Below, one piece after another: positions 49,925 to 59,200 of a stretch of 64,000 bases of DNA (the first letter of the stretch is position 1; the number at the start of each line of letters is the position of its first letter). A program made the position numbers and the translations under genes. Source of the stretch: an uncultured Bacteroidales bacterium. Its GTDB lineage: Bacteria; Bacteroidota; Bacteroidia; Bacteroidales; Bacteroidaceae. The notes below the pieces were generated by a model. The model was not told the origin of the DNA. It saw only the letters and a program-made list of their open reading frames with translations, and ran no database searches. The stretch covers positions 139,483-203,482 of the forward strand of contig CALGJF010000009.1 in assembly GCA_937914945.1 (NCBI GenBank), written 5' to 3'.

Positions 49925-50600
49925 TGTGCCGGGCTCTTAATATACTGCGCTTGAGCATTACAATAACAGCGTATGCCATTGGGGTGCCAAAGAGCACCTC
50001 GATACCCAGCTTCATGCAATATTGAAAAGCTATCATCAGCAACAAATCGCGCGTGCTCAAAATACCCAGGAATGCAATGAGCACAAACGGCAAGGTGTCA
50101 AGCAGGTAACCTATAACAGATGAGCCTATTGTGCGCATCCAAAGAAAACGGCCGCGAGTGATTTTTTTTATTCGCTCCATGAACCAAGCATTGGATAGCT
50201 CGCCAAGCAGAAATCCGGCAAGGGAGCCTATAACAATGCGCGGTACATATGTAAAAATGGTATTATAAGAGACAGCTGTGGCATCGAGATAATCGAGCGA
50301 GGGCAGCCAAACGCCCACCTGCGTACACGCAACCATGATTATATTACACACAAAAGTGGTCCATATAACCTTGCGGGCGGTACGATAGCCCCAAATTTCG
50401 GTGAGCACATCACCCAACATATAGGCAAAGGGGAAGGTGATTGTTCCCGCATCAAAATAAAAAAGACCAAAGAATCCGATTATTTTCACCGCCATTATGT
50501 TCGACACCAAATAGAGCGTAACAAACAGGGCAGTAACGACCATAAGCGGCATATAGCCGCCTGTTCGGTTTTTGAAAGGGTTTTCCGATACCTTATTCAT
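49917..50600 (-). CDS. yhhQ: queuosine-precursor transporter (YhhQ/VUT family)
   Basis: 227 aa with 6 TM helices. The FPFAYMLGDVLTEIWGYRTARKVIW signature of DUF165/YhhQ. Confidence 0.85.
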   Translation of the reverse strand: MNKVSENPFKNRTGGYMPLMVVTALFVTLYLVSNIMAVKIIGFFGLFYFDAGTITFPFAYMLGDVLTEIWGYRTARKVIWTTFVCNIIMVACTQVGVWLPSLDYLDATAVSYNTIFTYVPRIVIGSLAGFLLGELSNAWFMERIKKITRGRFLWMRTIGSSVIGYLLDTLPFVLIAFLGILSTRDLLLMIAFQYCMKLGIEVLFGTPMAYAVIVMLKRSILRARHNG

Positions 50601-50621
50601 AATGTTTTTGATTTTCGCCTA

Positions 50622-50629
50622 CAAAATTA
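50622..50629 (-). promoter_or_regulatory. -7 box TAATTTTG for yhhQ-radical SAM operon
   Basis: The rc of CAAAATTA, 21 nt upstream of the ATG at 50600. Confidence 0.45.
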
Positions 50630-50859
50630 GTGTCAAGAATGTAATTACACAAATAATCCAAGGTGCATTTTACTACAATCCCTGCCGGGGATAGACAAAC
50701 TCACGCACCTCACTCAACCATTTCCTGCAAGAGAACTCGCTGAACTCTGGCGCACGGGCATCCTTCGACGATAAAGATGACTATTATGACAATGAGGGTT
50801 ACTACACCTATATGGCACTCGCTGTAAAAAACATCAAAGCGAGCTTTATGTTTACCTTG

Positions 50860-51095
50860 GCAAGCTTTATGTTCTCCGCTCGGCTTGAAGGAGTTGCACT
50901 ATCTTTGCTCGCTGCGCTTCGCGAAGATAGGCGGCGCCTTGGGATAAAAAATAAGCAAGCTTATTTTGTTCTCCGCTCGGCTTGAAGGAGTTGCACTATC
51001 TTTGCTCGCTGCGCTTCGCGAAGATAGGCGGCGCCTTGGGATAAAAAATAAGCAAGCTTATTTTGTTCTCCGCTCGGCTTGCGCTATCTTTGCAC
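50860..51095 (+). repeat. tandem repeat, 2 full units (95 and 97 bp) plus a shortened third unit
   Basis: Units start at 50860, 50955 and 51052 (GCAAGCTT...). Units 1 and 2 differ only by a 2-nt indel and one substitution near the 5' end. Confidence 0.95.
51062..51092 (+). promoter_or_regulatory. -33 TTTG / -7 TATCTTTG promoter for dcp (third, shortened repeat unit)
   Basis: TTTG at 51062-51065 and TATCTTTG at 51085-51092, separated by 19 nt (canonical spacing). It lies 118 nt upstream of the ATG at 51211. Confidence 0.5.
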
Positions 51096-51210
51096 AGATT
51101 ATGAGGGTAAAGTAGGCGAAGAGTAACTGCATCCACCACTTTATCAAACATATAGCAATAGATCAAAACGATGTAGAAAAACAGAGTGTTATATATCTTT
51201 TATACCAACC

Positions 51211-53250
51211 ATGCATGTAAACACATCAACCGCAAACAGCAGCAATCCCCTGTTGCGCACAAGCCAAGCACCCCTTGGTGCTCCCGAATTTCATCTGTAT
51301 TCGGTGGAGCAATACAAAGAGGCGTTTGACAAAGGTATTGCCGAGAAACGAGCCGAGATAAAAAAGATTATAGAAAACAACGATGCTCCCACCTTTGCCA
51401 ATACGATAGATGCGTTGGAGATTAGCGGCCGATTACTCGAAAAAGTATCGCTCATATTCTCAACCCTCAACGAGAGCGATGGCAGCGATGCAATGACCGA
51501 GGTTGATAATTATGTGGTACCGCTACTCACCGAGCTCAACGCATATATTTACATGAACGACACCCTCTTCAACCGCATACGCACTATATACGATGCGAGG
51601 GAGGGACTTGCGCTTGACGAGGAACAGAACATTGTACTCTGTAACTATTACAATGCCTTTGTGCGTGGAGGCGCTTTGCTTGGCAGCGAAGAGAAGAAAC
51701 GCCTTGTGCAAATAGATACCGAGCTGGGGCTCGCAGGCATAGAGTTCAGCAAAAATCTTTTGAACGACAATAAAGGATTCAAGCTGATAATAACCGACGA
51801 GAAGGAGCTCGCAGGCTTGCCACAGAGCAGCATAGATGCCGCAGCCGAGGCAGCCAAGGCCGAGGGCATCGAAGGGTGGGTAATAACACTCGACAAGCCC
51901 AGCCTTATACCCTTTTTGCAGTATGCCGACAACCGCGAACTGCGCAAGCAGATATATAAGGCATACTACGGCCGTGGCGACAACAACAATGCCAATGACA
52001 ACAAGGCTGTAATTGCAAAAATATTGAAACTGCGCAAGGAGAAAGCACAGCTGCTTGGTTTTGAGAGCTATGCCCATTTTATACTCGATGAGAAGATGGC
52101 TAAGACACCCGAGGCTGCACTCAACCTGCTCACAAGCATTTGGGAACCGGCGCTGGAACGCGCAAAGGCAGAGCGGACCGAACTTGGCAGAATTGCCGGC
52201 CACGAAATCGAAGGCTGGGATTGGTTCTATTATACCGAAAAACTGCGCAAGGAGAGATATGCCCTCGATGACGAGGAGATAAGGCCCTATTTTCAACTGG
52301 AGAATGTTCTTAAAGGAGCTTTCGATTGCGCAACAAAGCTATATCATGTTGTATTCAACAAGCGCACCGATATACCTGTTTACTATCCCGGTGTCGATGC
52401 CTATGAAGTACTCGACAACGAGGGCAGACTGTTGGGTGTTTTTTATACCGATTTCTTCCCGCGCAACAGCAAACGCCAGGGTGCATGGATGACAAATTTT
52501 GTAAATCAACATAATATTTGCGGCAGCAACCAACGCCCGTTCATTGTGAATGTGTGCAATTTCACCCCGCCACAGGGCAACACCCCCGCGTTGCTCAATA
52601 TAGATGAGGTGCGCACATTGTTTCATGAGTTCGGCCATGCGCTCCACGGACTGCTAACACAGGCGCACTACCCTTGCGTGAGCGGTACCAACGTAAAGCA
52701 CGATTTTGTGGAACTGTTCTCGCAAGTGAACGAGAAATGGGCAATCCATCCCGATGTGTTGCGCAGCTATGCAAAGCATTACAAAACGGGTGAGACCATC
52801 CCCGACAGCCTTATTGAAAAAATGCAACAAAGTTCACATTTCAATTCGGGATTCGAAACCGTTGAAATAGTGGCTGCGGCAATTCTTGATATGAAAATAC
52901 ACCTTATTGCCGACTACACCGGCTTCGATTGCAACGCATTTGAAAACGAATTACGCACGCAACTTGGTTTTATACCCGAGATTGAGTATCGCTACCGCAC
53001 CACCAATTTTGCACACATTTTCAGCTGGGAATATGCCGTGGGCTACTACTCATATCTATGGGCCGAGGTGCTCGATTGCGATGCTTTTGAACTGTTTATG
53101 GAGCGTGGTATATTTGATGCCGAAACCGCAGCCGGCTTCAAAAATTTGCTCGAAATGGGTGGCAGCAAAGACCCCATGCGCGAGTATTGTCGTTTCCGTG
53201 GAGCAGCACCCGACCCGGCAGCACTGCTCCGCACACGTGGACTTATATGA
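51211..53250 (+). CDS. dcp: M3 family peptidyl-dipeptidase
   Basis: 679 aa with the zinc motif FHEFGHALH. Confidence 0.9.
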   Translation: MHVNTSTANSSNPLLRTSQAPLGAPEFHLYSVEQYKEAFDKGIAEKRAEIKKIIENNDAPTFANTIDALEISGRLLEKVSLIFSTLNESDGSDAMTEVDNYVVPLLTELNAYIYMNDTLFNRIRTIYDAREGLALDEEQNIVLCNYYNAFVRGGALLGSEEKKRLVQIDTELGLAGIEFSKNLLNDNKGFKLIITDEKELAGLPQSSIDAAAEAAKAEGIEGWVITLDKPSLIPFLQYADNRELRKQIYKAYYGRGDNNNANDNKAVIAKILKLRKEKAQLLGFESYAHFILDEKMAKTPEAALNLLTSIWEPALERAKAERTELGRIAGHEIEGWDWFYYTEKLRKERYALDDEEIRPYFQLENVLKGAFDCATKLYHVVFNKRTDIPVYYPGVDAYEVLDNEGRLLGVFYTDFFPRNSKRQGAWMTNFVNQHNICGSNQRPFIVNVCNFTPPQGNTPALLNIDEVRTLFHEFGHALHGLLTQAHYPCVSGTNVKHDFVELFSQVNEKWAIHPDVLRSYAKHYKTGETIPDSLIEKMQQSSHFNSGFETVEIVAAAILDMKIHLIADYTGFDCNAFENELRTQLGFIPEIEYRYRTTNFAHIFSWEYAVGYYSYLWAEVLDCDAFELFMERGIFDAETAAGFKNLLEMGGSKDPMREYCRFRGAAPDPAALLRTRGLI

Positions 53251-53275
53251 TTGACCAAACAAAATATACACAACC

Positions 53276-53743
53276 ATGGAAGATAGAATAGAATTAGCAG
53301 TATCGCTCTTCAAAGAAGGGTATAATTGCAGCCAGGCAGTAGTTGCCGCCTATGCCGATTTATACGGGTTCACCCGCGACCAGGCACTTAAAATGGCAGC
53401 ATCGTTTGGTGGCGGCATAGGACGCATGCGCAAAACTTGTGGCGCTGCCTGTGGCCTTTTTATGTTGGCAGGGCTGGAAACCGGCTGTACCGAAGGAAAA
53501 GACCGTGAGGGAAAAGAGGCCAATTATAAATTGGTGCAGGAACTTGCCGAGGAGTTCAAAAAGCGCAACGGCTCTATCACCTGTGCCGAACTGCTCGGGC
53601 TTGAAAAAAGCGCACCTACCCCCACCACCCCCGAGGCCAGAACAAACGAATATTATAAAAAACGCCCATGCGTGAAAATGGTAGAAGAGGCGGCCCGTAT
53701 TTGGAGCGAATATTTGTGTGAAAAAAGCATAAAAAAGGAATAA
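53276..53743 (+). CDS. C_GCAxxG_C_C family redox-active protein
   Basis: YNCSQAV, TCGAACGLFMLAG, ITCAELL and RPCVKMV cysteine motifs. Confidence 0.75.
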   Translation: MEDRIELAVSLFKEGYNCSQAVVAAYADLYGFTRDQALKMAASFGGGIGRMRKTCGAACGLFMLAGLETGCTEGKDREGKEANYKLVQELAEEFKKRNGSITCAELLGLEKSAPTPTTPEARTNEYYKKRPCVKMVEEAARIWSEYLCEKSIKKE

Positions 53744-53811
53744 ACGGCACTATTTTTTACTAAAATTGTTGAATATCACGTCTTTTTGTTTTGTATGTCA
53801 AAAATTTATTG

Positions 53812-53819
53812 TACTTTTG
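53812..53819 (+). promoter_or_regulatory. -7 box TACTTTTG for winged-helix gene
   Basis: TAnnTTTG 61 nt upstream of the ATG at 53881. Confidence 0.45.
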
Positions 53820-53880
53820 CACCCGATTTGAAAAGCCATTTACTAAAGGCAAAGATAAATTAACTTAAAATATTGAATTT

Positions 53881-54084
53881 ATGATGATTACAGAACAAGC
53901 CGGCGAGTTCGCAGGCCGCATTTGGACCGCCCTCAATGAGACCGAGGGTTTGACTTTGAAAGAGATTAAAAAGCAGACTAAACTCAAAGATAAAGAGTTG
54001 TATCTTGGTTTGGGTTGGTTGCTTCGTGAGGACAAAATCTTCTCTTGCGTTGCAGGTGAGGACGAAATCTTCGCTTTGAAGTAA
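53881..54084 (+). CDS. small winged-helix domain protein (DUF2582-like)
   Basis: 67 aa. [24 protein letters not shown]...[12 protein letters not shown]. Confidence 0.55.
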   Translation: MMITEQAGEFAGRIWTALNETEGLTLKEIKKQTKLKDKELYLGLGWLLREDKIFSCVAGEDEIFALK

Positions 54085-54097
54085 TCAAAATCTACCT

Positions 54098-54141
54098 AAA
54101 ACAAAACAAAGGGCATCTTGCGATGCCCTTTGTTTTGTTTT
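54098..54141. terminator. bidirectional terminator between winged-helix gene and hppA
   Basis: 20-bp stem AAAACAAAACAAAGGGCATC / GATGCCCTTTGTTTTGTTTT. Confidence 0.75.
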
Positions 54142-54157
54142 ATGGCCATATCGGTAT

Positions 54158-56356
54158 TTACAACAGGCTGAACGCCAAAGTCAATCCACTCATTACAATG
54201 GCCACCATACTCATAAGTTTTATCAGGATATTAAGGCTGGGCCCCGATGTATCCTTGCAAGGATCGCCCACGGTATCGCCCACAACGGTGGCTTTGTGAG
54301 TATCGCTACCCTTTCCGCCGAAGTTACCCTCTTCTACATATTTCTTTGCATTATCCCAAGCACCGCCTGCATTGGCAAGGAAAATCGCCAGCAAGAAACC
54401 AGCCGATAAAGAACCTATAAGCAGGCCTATGACACCCGAAACACCGAGAACAACACCTGTAACAATGGGCGCGGCTATGGCGAGCAACGACGGTAATACC
54501 ATCTCCTGCTGCGCACCCAAAGTGGAAATCTCCACACAACGAGAGTAATCGGGCTCGGCCTCACCGGCAAGTATTCCCTTGATTTCGGTAAATTGGCGAC
54601 GCACCTCGGCAACCATTTTCTGCGCGGCACGCCCAACAGCATTCATTGTGAGCCCACAGAAGAGGAAGGCCATCATGGCACCCACGAATATGCCGCACAG
54701 CACGGTGGGATTCATAAGAGTAACATTAAAATGATACATGAAATCTACAATGTTTGCCTCCATAAGCCCTTTGCCGTTAATTATGATATCGGGCGACGTG
54801 CGTTCGAGCGCAATGCGAATCTCCTCGATGTACGAAGCCAACAGCGCAAGTGCGGTGAGGGCGGCAGAACCTATGGCAAATCCCTTACCGGTGGCAGCTG
54901 TGGTATTGCCAAGGGAATCCAAAGCATCGGTACGACGACGCACCTCGGGTTCCAAGCCGCTCATTTCGGCATTGCCGCCCGCATTGTCGGCAATGGGGCC
55001 GTATGCATCAGTGGCAAGTGTTATACCCAATGTAGAGAGCATTCCCACCGATGCAATGGCAATGCCGTAAAGACCTATGGTAACTTGCGACACATCGAGA
55101 ACAAATCCCGTGGCACACAGATAGGAAAGGATTATTCCCACAACCACCGCAATAACCGGTATGGCTGTTGAAAGCATGCCCAATCCCATACCCGAAATAA
55201 TGACCGTTGCAGGGCCTGTCAGCCCCGCCTCCGATACTTTGCGTGTGGGGCTGTACGATTGCGATGTATAATATTCTGTCGAGCGGCCTATTACAATACC
55301 CACTATCAAACCTACCACAACAGAGAACGATAGACCTATCCAATTTTCAATGCCAAGCATATACAGAATAGCAAAGGTTGCCACCACAATGAGCAACGAA
55401 GATAGGTTTGTACCACGCGACAAAGCGCCTATAAGACTCTTCATATCGGCATTCTCCTTTGTACGCACTGCAAAAATGCCTATTATGGAGAGAACTATGC
55501 CTACCGCCGCTATGAGCATGGGGGCAAAAACCGCCTTTGTCTGCATTGCACCACCATCGGCAGCGAAGGCTGCCGCGCCAAGAGCAGCAGTTGAGAGGAT
55601 TGAGCCGCAATAACTCTCGTAAAGATCGGCACCCATACCGGCTACATCGCCCACATTATCGCCCACATTATCGGCAATGGTTGCTGGGTTGCGCGGATCG
55701 TCCTCGGGTATATTATATTCGGTCTTTCCCACAAGGTCGGCACCCACATCGGCAGCCTTTGTGTATATACCACCGCCCACACGGGCAAAGAGAGCCTGTG
55801 TAGATGCTCCCATACCAAATGTAAGCATAGTGGTGGTAATGAAACATAGCTTCATGCCGGCGTTGTTGACATCGGCGGGCACCAGAGCATCAAGGATAAT
55901 ATACCACACCGATATATCAAGCAATCCCAGCCCCACAACAATAAGCCCCATAACGGCACCGCTACGAAAGGCCATACGCAAGCCCTCGTTCATGCTGCTG
56001 CGGGCTGCGTTGGCGGTACGCGCCGATGCGTATGTTGCTGTCTTCATTCCAAAATAGCCCGATATTCCGCTAAACAATCCGCCTGTGAGGAAAGCAAACG
56101 GCACCCATTCGTTTTGAATGTGGAATACATAGGCCATAACAGCAAATATGACAGCAAGCACAATAAACACCAGCGTAACTATTTTATACTGCTGTTTCAA
56201 ATAGGCCATTGCACCTTTGCGCACAGCTGCGGCTATATGCGCCATGCGTTCAGTACCCTCGCTCTCACGTTTCATTTGCCTGTAAAAATAGAAGGCAAAG
56301 CACAATGCCAGCAGCGATGCTGCCGGGACAAACCAAAATAGAGAATTGTAATCCAT
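54158..56356 (-). CDS. hppA: membrane-bound K+/H+(Na+)-translocating pyrophosphatase
   Basis: About 16 TM helices with the motifs [27 protein letters not shown] and GDTVGDP. I prefer the ATG at 56356 (MDYNSLFW) over 56380. Confidence 0.92.
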   Translation of the reverse strand: MDYNSLFWFVPAASLLALCFAFYFYRQMKRESEGTERMAHIAAAVRKGAMAYLKQQYKIVTLVFIVLAVIFAVMAYVFHIQNEWVPFAFLTGGLFSGISGYFGMKTATYASARTANAARSSMNEGLRMAFRSGAVMGLIVVGLGLLDISVWYIILDALVPADVNNAGMKLCFITTTMLTFGMGASTQALFARVGGGIYTKAADVGADLVGKTEYNIPEDDPRNPATIADNVGDNVGDVAGMGADLYESYCGSILSTAALGAAAFAADGGAMQTKAVFAPMLIAAVGIVLSIIGIFAVRTKENADMKSLIGALSRGTNLSSLLIVVATFAILYMLGIENWIGLSFSVVVGLIVGIVIGRSTEYYTSQSYSPTRKVSEAGLTGPATVIISGMGLGMLSTAIPVIAVVVGIILSYLCATGFVLDVSQVTIGLYGIAIASVGMLSTLGITLATDAYGPIADNAGGNAEMSGLEPEVRRRTDALDSLGNTTAATGKGFAIGSAALTALALLASYIEEIRIALERTSPDIIINGKGLMEANIVDFMYHFNVTLMNPTVLCGIFVGAMMAFLFCGLTMNAVGRAAQKMVAEVRRQFTEIKGILAGEAEPDYSRCVEISTLGAQQEMVLPSLLAIAAPIVTGVVLGVSGVIGLLIGSLSAGFLLAIFLANAGGAWDNAKKYVEEGNFGGKGSDTHKATVVGDTVGDPCKDTSGPSLNILIKLMSMVAIVMSGLTLAFSLL

Positions 56357-56393
56357 AAATTTTATATTTATAAAACACATATCATTCAGGTCT

Positions 56394-56401
56394 CAAATAT
56401 A
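56394..56401 (-). promoter_or_regulatory. -7 box TATATTTG for hppA
   Basis: The rc of CAAATATA, 37 nt upstream of the ATG at 56356. This argues against the start at 56380. Confidence 0.4.
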
Positions 56402-56496
56402 TGTATTCAATTACAAAAAACAAAAAAAAATATTAAAAAGCAGATTTTGAACATTAAAACAATTAAAAAGAGATATTTTTTACCGGCAGAATAAAT

Positions 56497-56504
56497 TATA
56501 TTTG
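56497..56504 (+). promoter_or_regulatory. -7 box TATATTTG for patatin gene
   Basis: TAnnTTTG 114 nt upstream of the ATG at 56619. Confidence 0.4.
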
Positions 56505-56548
56505 CAGAGATTGTGCAAATAGCGCAATCACGCACCAAATACTATCAT

Positions 56549-56562
56549 TATATATATATATA
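56549..56562 (+). repeat. (TA)7 dinucleotide repeat
   Basis: It lies in the putative 5' UTR of the patatin gene. Confidence 0.9.
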
Positions 56563-56618
56563 GCCGGGCGACAAGATTATAATTACAAGTAACATTACAA
56601 GCAACGCACCATTTCAAG

Positions 56619-58901
56619 ATGAAAAAAATATACATCATACTCATTCTGCTATTCATGCTGCCATCACTGATGCAGGCCCAAAAAGTGGGCCTTGTAATGA
56701 GTGGAGGCGGTGCTCGCGGCCTTGCGCATATTGGTGTAATAAAAGCGTTGGAGGAGAATGAAATCCCCATAGACTACGTTGCAGGAACATCTATGGGAGC
56801 GATTGTGGCAGCCCTCTACTCTATGGGCTACACACCCGACGAAATGGTTGCCACAATGATAAGCGATGATTTCCAGCGATGGTACACCGGCACCATGGAC
56901 AAGAACTATATGTTCTACTTCAAACGCAATGCCGAGGTACCCGAACTCTTGAGCCTGCATATAGATATAAAAGACTCCATACGCCTTGTGCGCCCTCCCA
57001 TGCAGCTTATCAACCCTTCTCCCATGAGCATGGGATTTGTTGAGATATTCGCCACCTCCACTGCCGCAGCAAAGGAAAACTTTGACAGCCTTATGGTGCC
57101 GTTCCGCTGCGTTGCATCCGATGTCTATAACAAAAAACAGGTAATATTTTCAAGTGGCGACCTCGGAGATGCTGTCAGAGCATCCATGAGTTTTCCATTT
57201 GTATTCAAGCCTATAAAAAAAGATAGCGTACTGCTTTACGATGGCGGCATATATAATAATTTCCCGCGCGATGTGATGCAAAGGGATTTTGCACCCGATT
57301 TTATCTTTGGTAGCGTAGTGAGCGAAAATGCCTCGCTCCCCAAAGACAACGACCTCATGGGACAGGTAAAAACCCTTATGATGGAACGTAGCGATTACAG
57401 CATCCCCGACTCGGTGGGTATTCTGCTCGACATGAATATCAAGGATGTGAAACTGCTCGATTTTCACAAAATAGATAAGGTGGTACAGATTGGGTACGAA
57501 GAGACTATTGCGCTTATCGATTCGGTGCGCAAACGTGTTCACCGCCACCAGAGCCGCGCCGACCTTGCCAATAGGCGTATGGCATTTAATTCCAAAAAAC
57601 CCGCTCTGGTGTTCAGCGATGTAAAGGTAAATGGCGTTACCCCAAACCAGGCGCAAGCCATTAAAAACGAGTTCCAGAAGGGCAACGAAAAATTTGATTA
57701 CGAAGATTGCAAAAAGGCCTATTTCCGCCTGTTGTCGGGAAACAGCGTGGCAAGTATTCTGCCCCATGCAATATACAACGCACAAGATAGTGCCTATCTC
57801 CTTGCGCTTGACGTGGAACTGAATCCCGCAATCAATGTAAAATTAGGTGGCAGCATGTCGACAAAAACGGCCAACCAAGTATATTTGGGCCTGCACTATC
57901 GTAGCATAGACAAGATGTCCAAGGAGTATATGCTCGACACCCAATTCGGCAAGGTATATAACAACATACAACTCTGCAACCGATTCGACTTTACCACGCG
58001 CCACCCCGTGTCGCTAAAAATCATAGCATCGTATGCTACCACCGACTATTACAACATGAAATACATATTCTCGCAAGAGAATTCCATGTCGCTGAACCAA
58101 GAACGCGAAGCATTTGCAAAACTCAAAATATCCCTTCCGTTCCTGTCGCGCAAAAAGGCCGAGATTGGAATAGGCGTTGCCGAGATAACCGATAAATACA
58201 TGCCCACAAGCGTTATAGACCTCGACAACCCACAGTTTGACAAGAACAAGGTGCGCCTTGCAGGTGTCAGTGTAAAATTTCAGGGAAATACTCTCGACGA
58301 TAATGTATTCCCCACCGAAGGTTCATTTGAGAAACTATCGGCGCAATTCTATGTGGGCAGAGAAACCTTCAAGAGCGGTAATTACAGTTTCAAAGACAAC
58401 GAAAACAAATCGTGGTTACAGGTAAACTACATTCGTAACGAGGTGTTCAGGCTCAATCGTCATCTCTCCCTTGCCACATACATGCAGATTTACTACTCAA
58501 CAAGAGCCCTCTCGCACACCTATCAGGCATCGCTCATGCAGGCAGGCGCGTTCACTCCCACCATGAACAGCCTTTTCAACTACGACCCCAAATTCCGCGC
58601 CAACCAATTTGTAGGAGCAGGCATTATACCCATAATTAAATTATCGAGTTTCATACAGCTGCGCCCCGGTTTCTACGCCTTCTCGCCCTATCGTATGATA
58701 AAAGAGAACACCGACGGCTCGCCCTATTATAGCAAAAAAAGATTCGATGATTTCCAATACATCGCCGAATTGAATGCTGTGGGCAAAATATCCACAATCA
58801 CCATCAGTGGATTCGTAAATTATTATAGCTCACACAAAAGCGGATTCAACATTGGCCTCACACTCGGCTGGTTTATGTTCAATGAACGTTTCTACGAATA
58901 A
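56619..58901 (+). CDS. patatin-like phospholipase with large C-terminal beta-rich domain
   Basis: Signal peptide, the oxyanion motif GGGARG and the nucleophile elbow GTSMG. The C-terminal ~400 aa show an alternating-strand pattern. Confidence 0.85.
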   Translation: MKKIYIILILLFMLPSLMQAQKVGLVMSGGGARGLAHIGVIKALEENEIPIDYVAGTSMGAIVAALYSMGYTPDEMVATMISDDFQRWYTGTMDKNYMFYFKRNAEVPELLSLHIDIKDSIRLVRPPMQLINPSPMSMGFVEIFATSTAAAKENFDSLMVPFRCVASDVYNKKQVIFSSGDLGDAVRASMSFPFVFKPIKKDSVLLYDGGIYNNFPRDVMQRDFAPDFIFGSVVSENASLPKDNDLMGQVKTLMMERSDYSIPDSVGILLDMNIKDVKLLDFHKIDKVVQIGYEETIALIDSVRKRVHRHQSRADLANRRMAFNSKKPALVFSDVKVNGVTPNQAQAIKNEFQKGNEKFDYEDCKKAYFRLLSGNSVASILPHAIYNAQDSAYLLALDVELNPAINVKLGGSMSTKTANQVYLGLHYRSIDKMSKEYMLDTQFGKVYNNIQLCNRFDFTTRHPVSLKIIASYATTDYYNMKYIFSQENSMSLNQEREAFAKLKISLPFLSRKKAEIGIGVAEITDKYMPTSVIDLDNPQFDKNKVRLAGVSVKFQGNTLDDNVFPTEGSFEKLSAQFYVGRETFKSGNYSFKDNENKSWLQVNYIRNEVFRLNRHLSLATYMQIYYSTRALSHTYQASLMQAGAFTPTMNSLFNYDPKFRANQFVGAGIIPIIKLSSFIQLRPGFYAFSPYRMIKENTDGSPYYSKKRFDDFQYIAELNAVGKISTITISGFVNYYSSHKSGFNIGLTLGWFMFNERFYE

Positions 58902-58960
58902 AAAAAAGAAGAATTTCAAAAAAAATATTGCAAAAGTTTTGCAGATTATAAAAAAAGCAC

Positions 58961-58968
58961 TACCTTTG
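58961..58968 (+). promoter_or_regulatory. -7 box TACCTTTG for tRNA-Arg
   Basis: TAnnTTTG 27 nt upstream of the tRNA 5' end. Confidence 0.5.
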
Positions 58969-58995
58969 CATCGTCAAACAAAAAGGACAACAAAT

Positions 58996-59069
58996 TGGTC
59001 TCGTAGCTCAACTGAATAGAGCATCTGACTACGGATCAGAAGGTTGCAGGTTTGAATCCTGCCGGGATC
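58996..59069 (+). tRNA. tRNA-Arg (anticodon ACG)
   Basis: Hand-folded cloverleaf. Acceptor GGTCTCG/CGGGATC, D arm GCTC/GAGC, anticodon stem TCTGA/TCAGA with loop CTACGGA, T arm GCAGG/CCTGC. A promoter box lies 27 nt upstream and a terminator follows. Confidence 0.9.
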
Positions 59070-59075
59070 ACAAAA

Positions 59076-59105
59076 AGGGAAGTAAGCGTCGCTTACTTCC
59101 CTTTT
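59076..59105 (+). terminator. terminator after tRNA-Arg
   Basis: GGGAAGTAAGC / GCTTACTTCCC stem followed by T5. Confidence 0.8.
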
Positions 59106-59171
59106 TCGTATGCAGAAACGCTAATTGCAGGAAATTAATTTAGATTTCATTAATAATCACAAAATTTTACC

Positions 59172-59179
59172 TACTTTTG
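59172..59179 (+). promoter_or_regulatory. -7 box TACTTTTG for metalloprotease gene
   Basis: TAnnTTTG 21 nt upstream of the ATG at 59201. Confidence 0.45.
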
Positions 59180-59200
59180 CCACATTAACACATATAAAAT

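Noticed and set aside
50601-50640. preQ1 riboswitch upstream of yhhQ
   Set aside because: The -7 box sits 21 nt from the ATG, leaving a leader of about 15 nt, which is too short for any preQ1 aptamer class.
50780-50975. 57-aa ORF (MALAVKNIK...) reading through the tandem repeat
   Set aside because: It is composed mostly of repeat sequence, has no start context and is below any meaningful length.
50860-51095. CRISPR array
   Set aside because: The units are 95-97 bp, directly abutting with no unique spacers, and no cas genes are present.
51523-52296. 257-aa minus-strand ORF
   Set aside because: It is antisense to dcp, which carries the HEFGH zinc motif.
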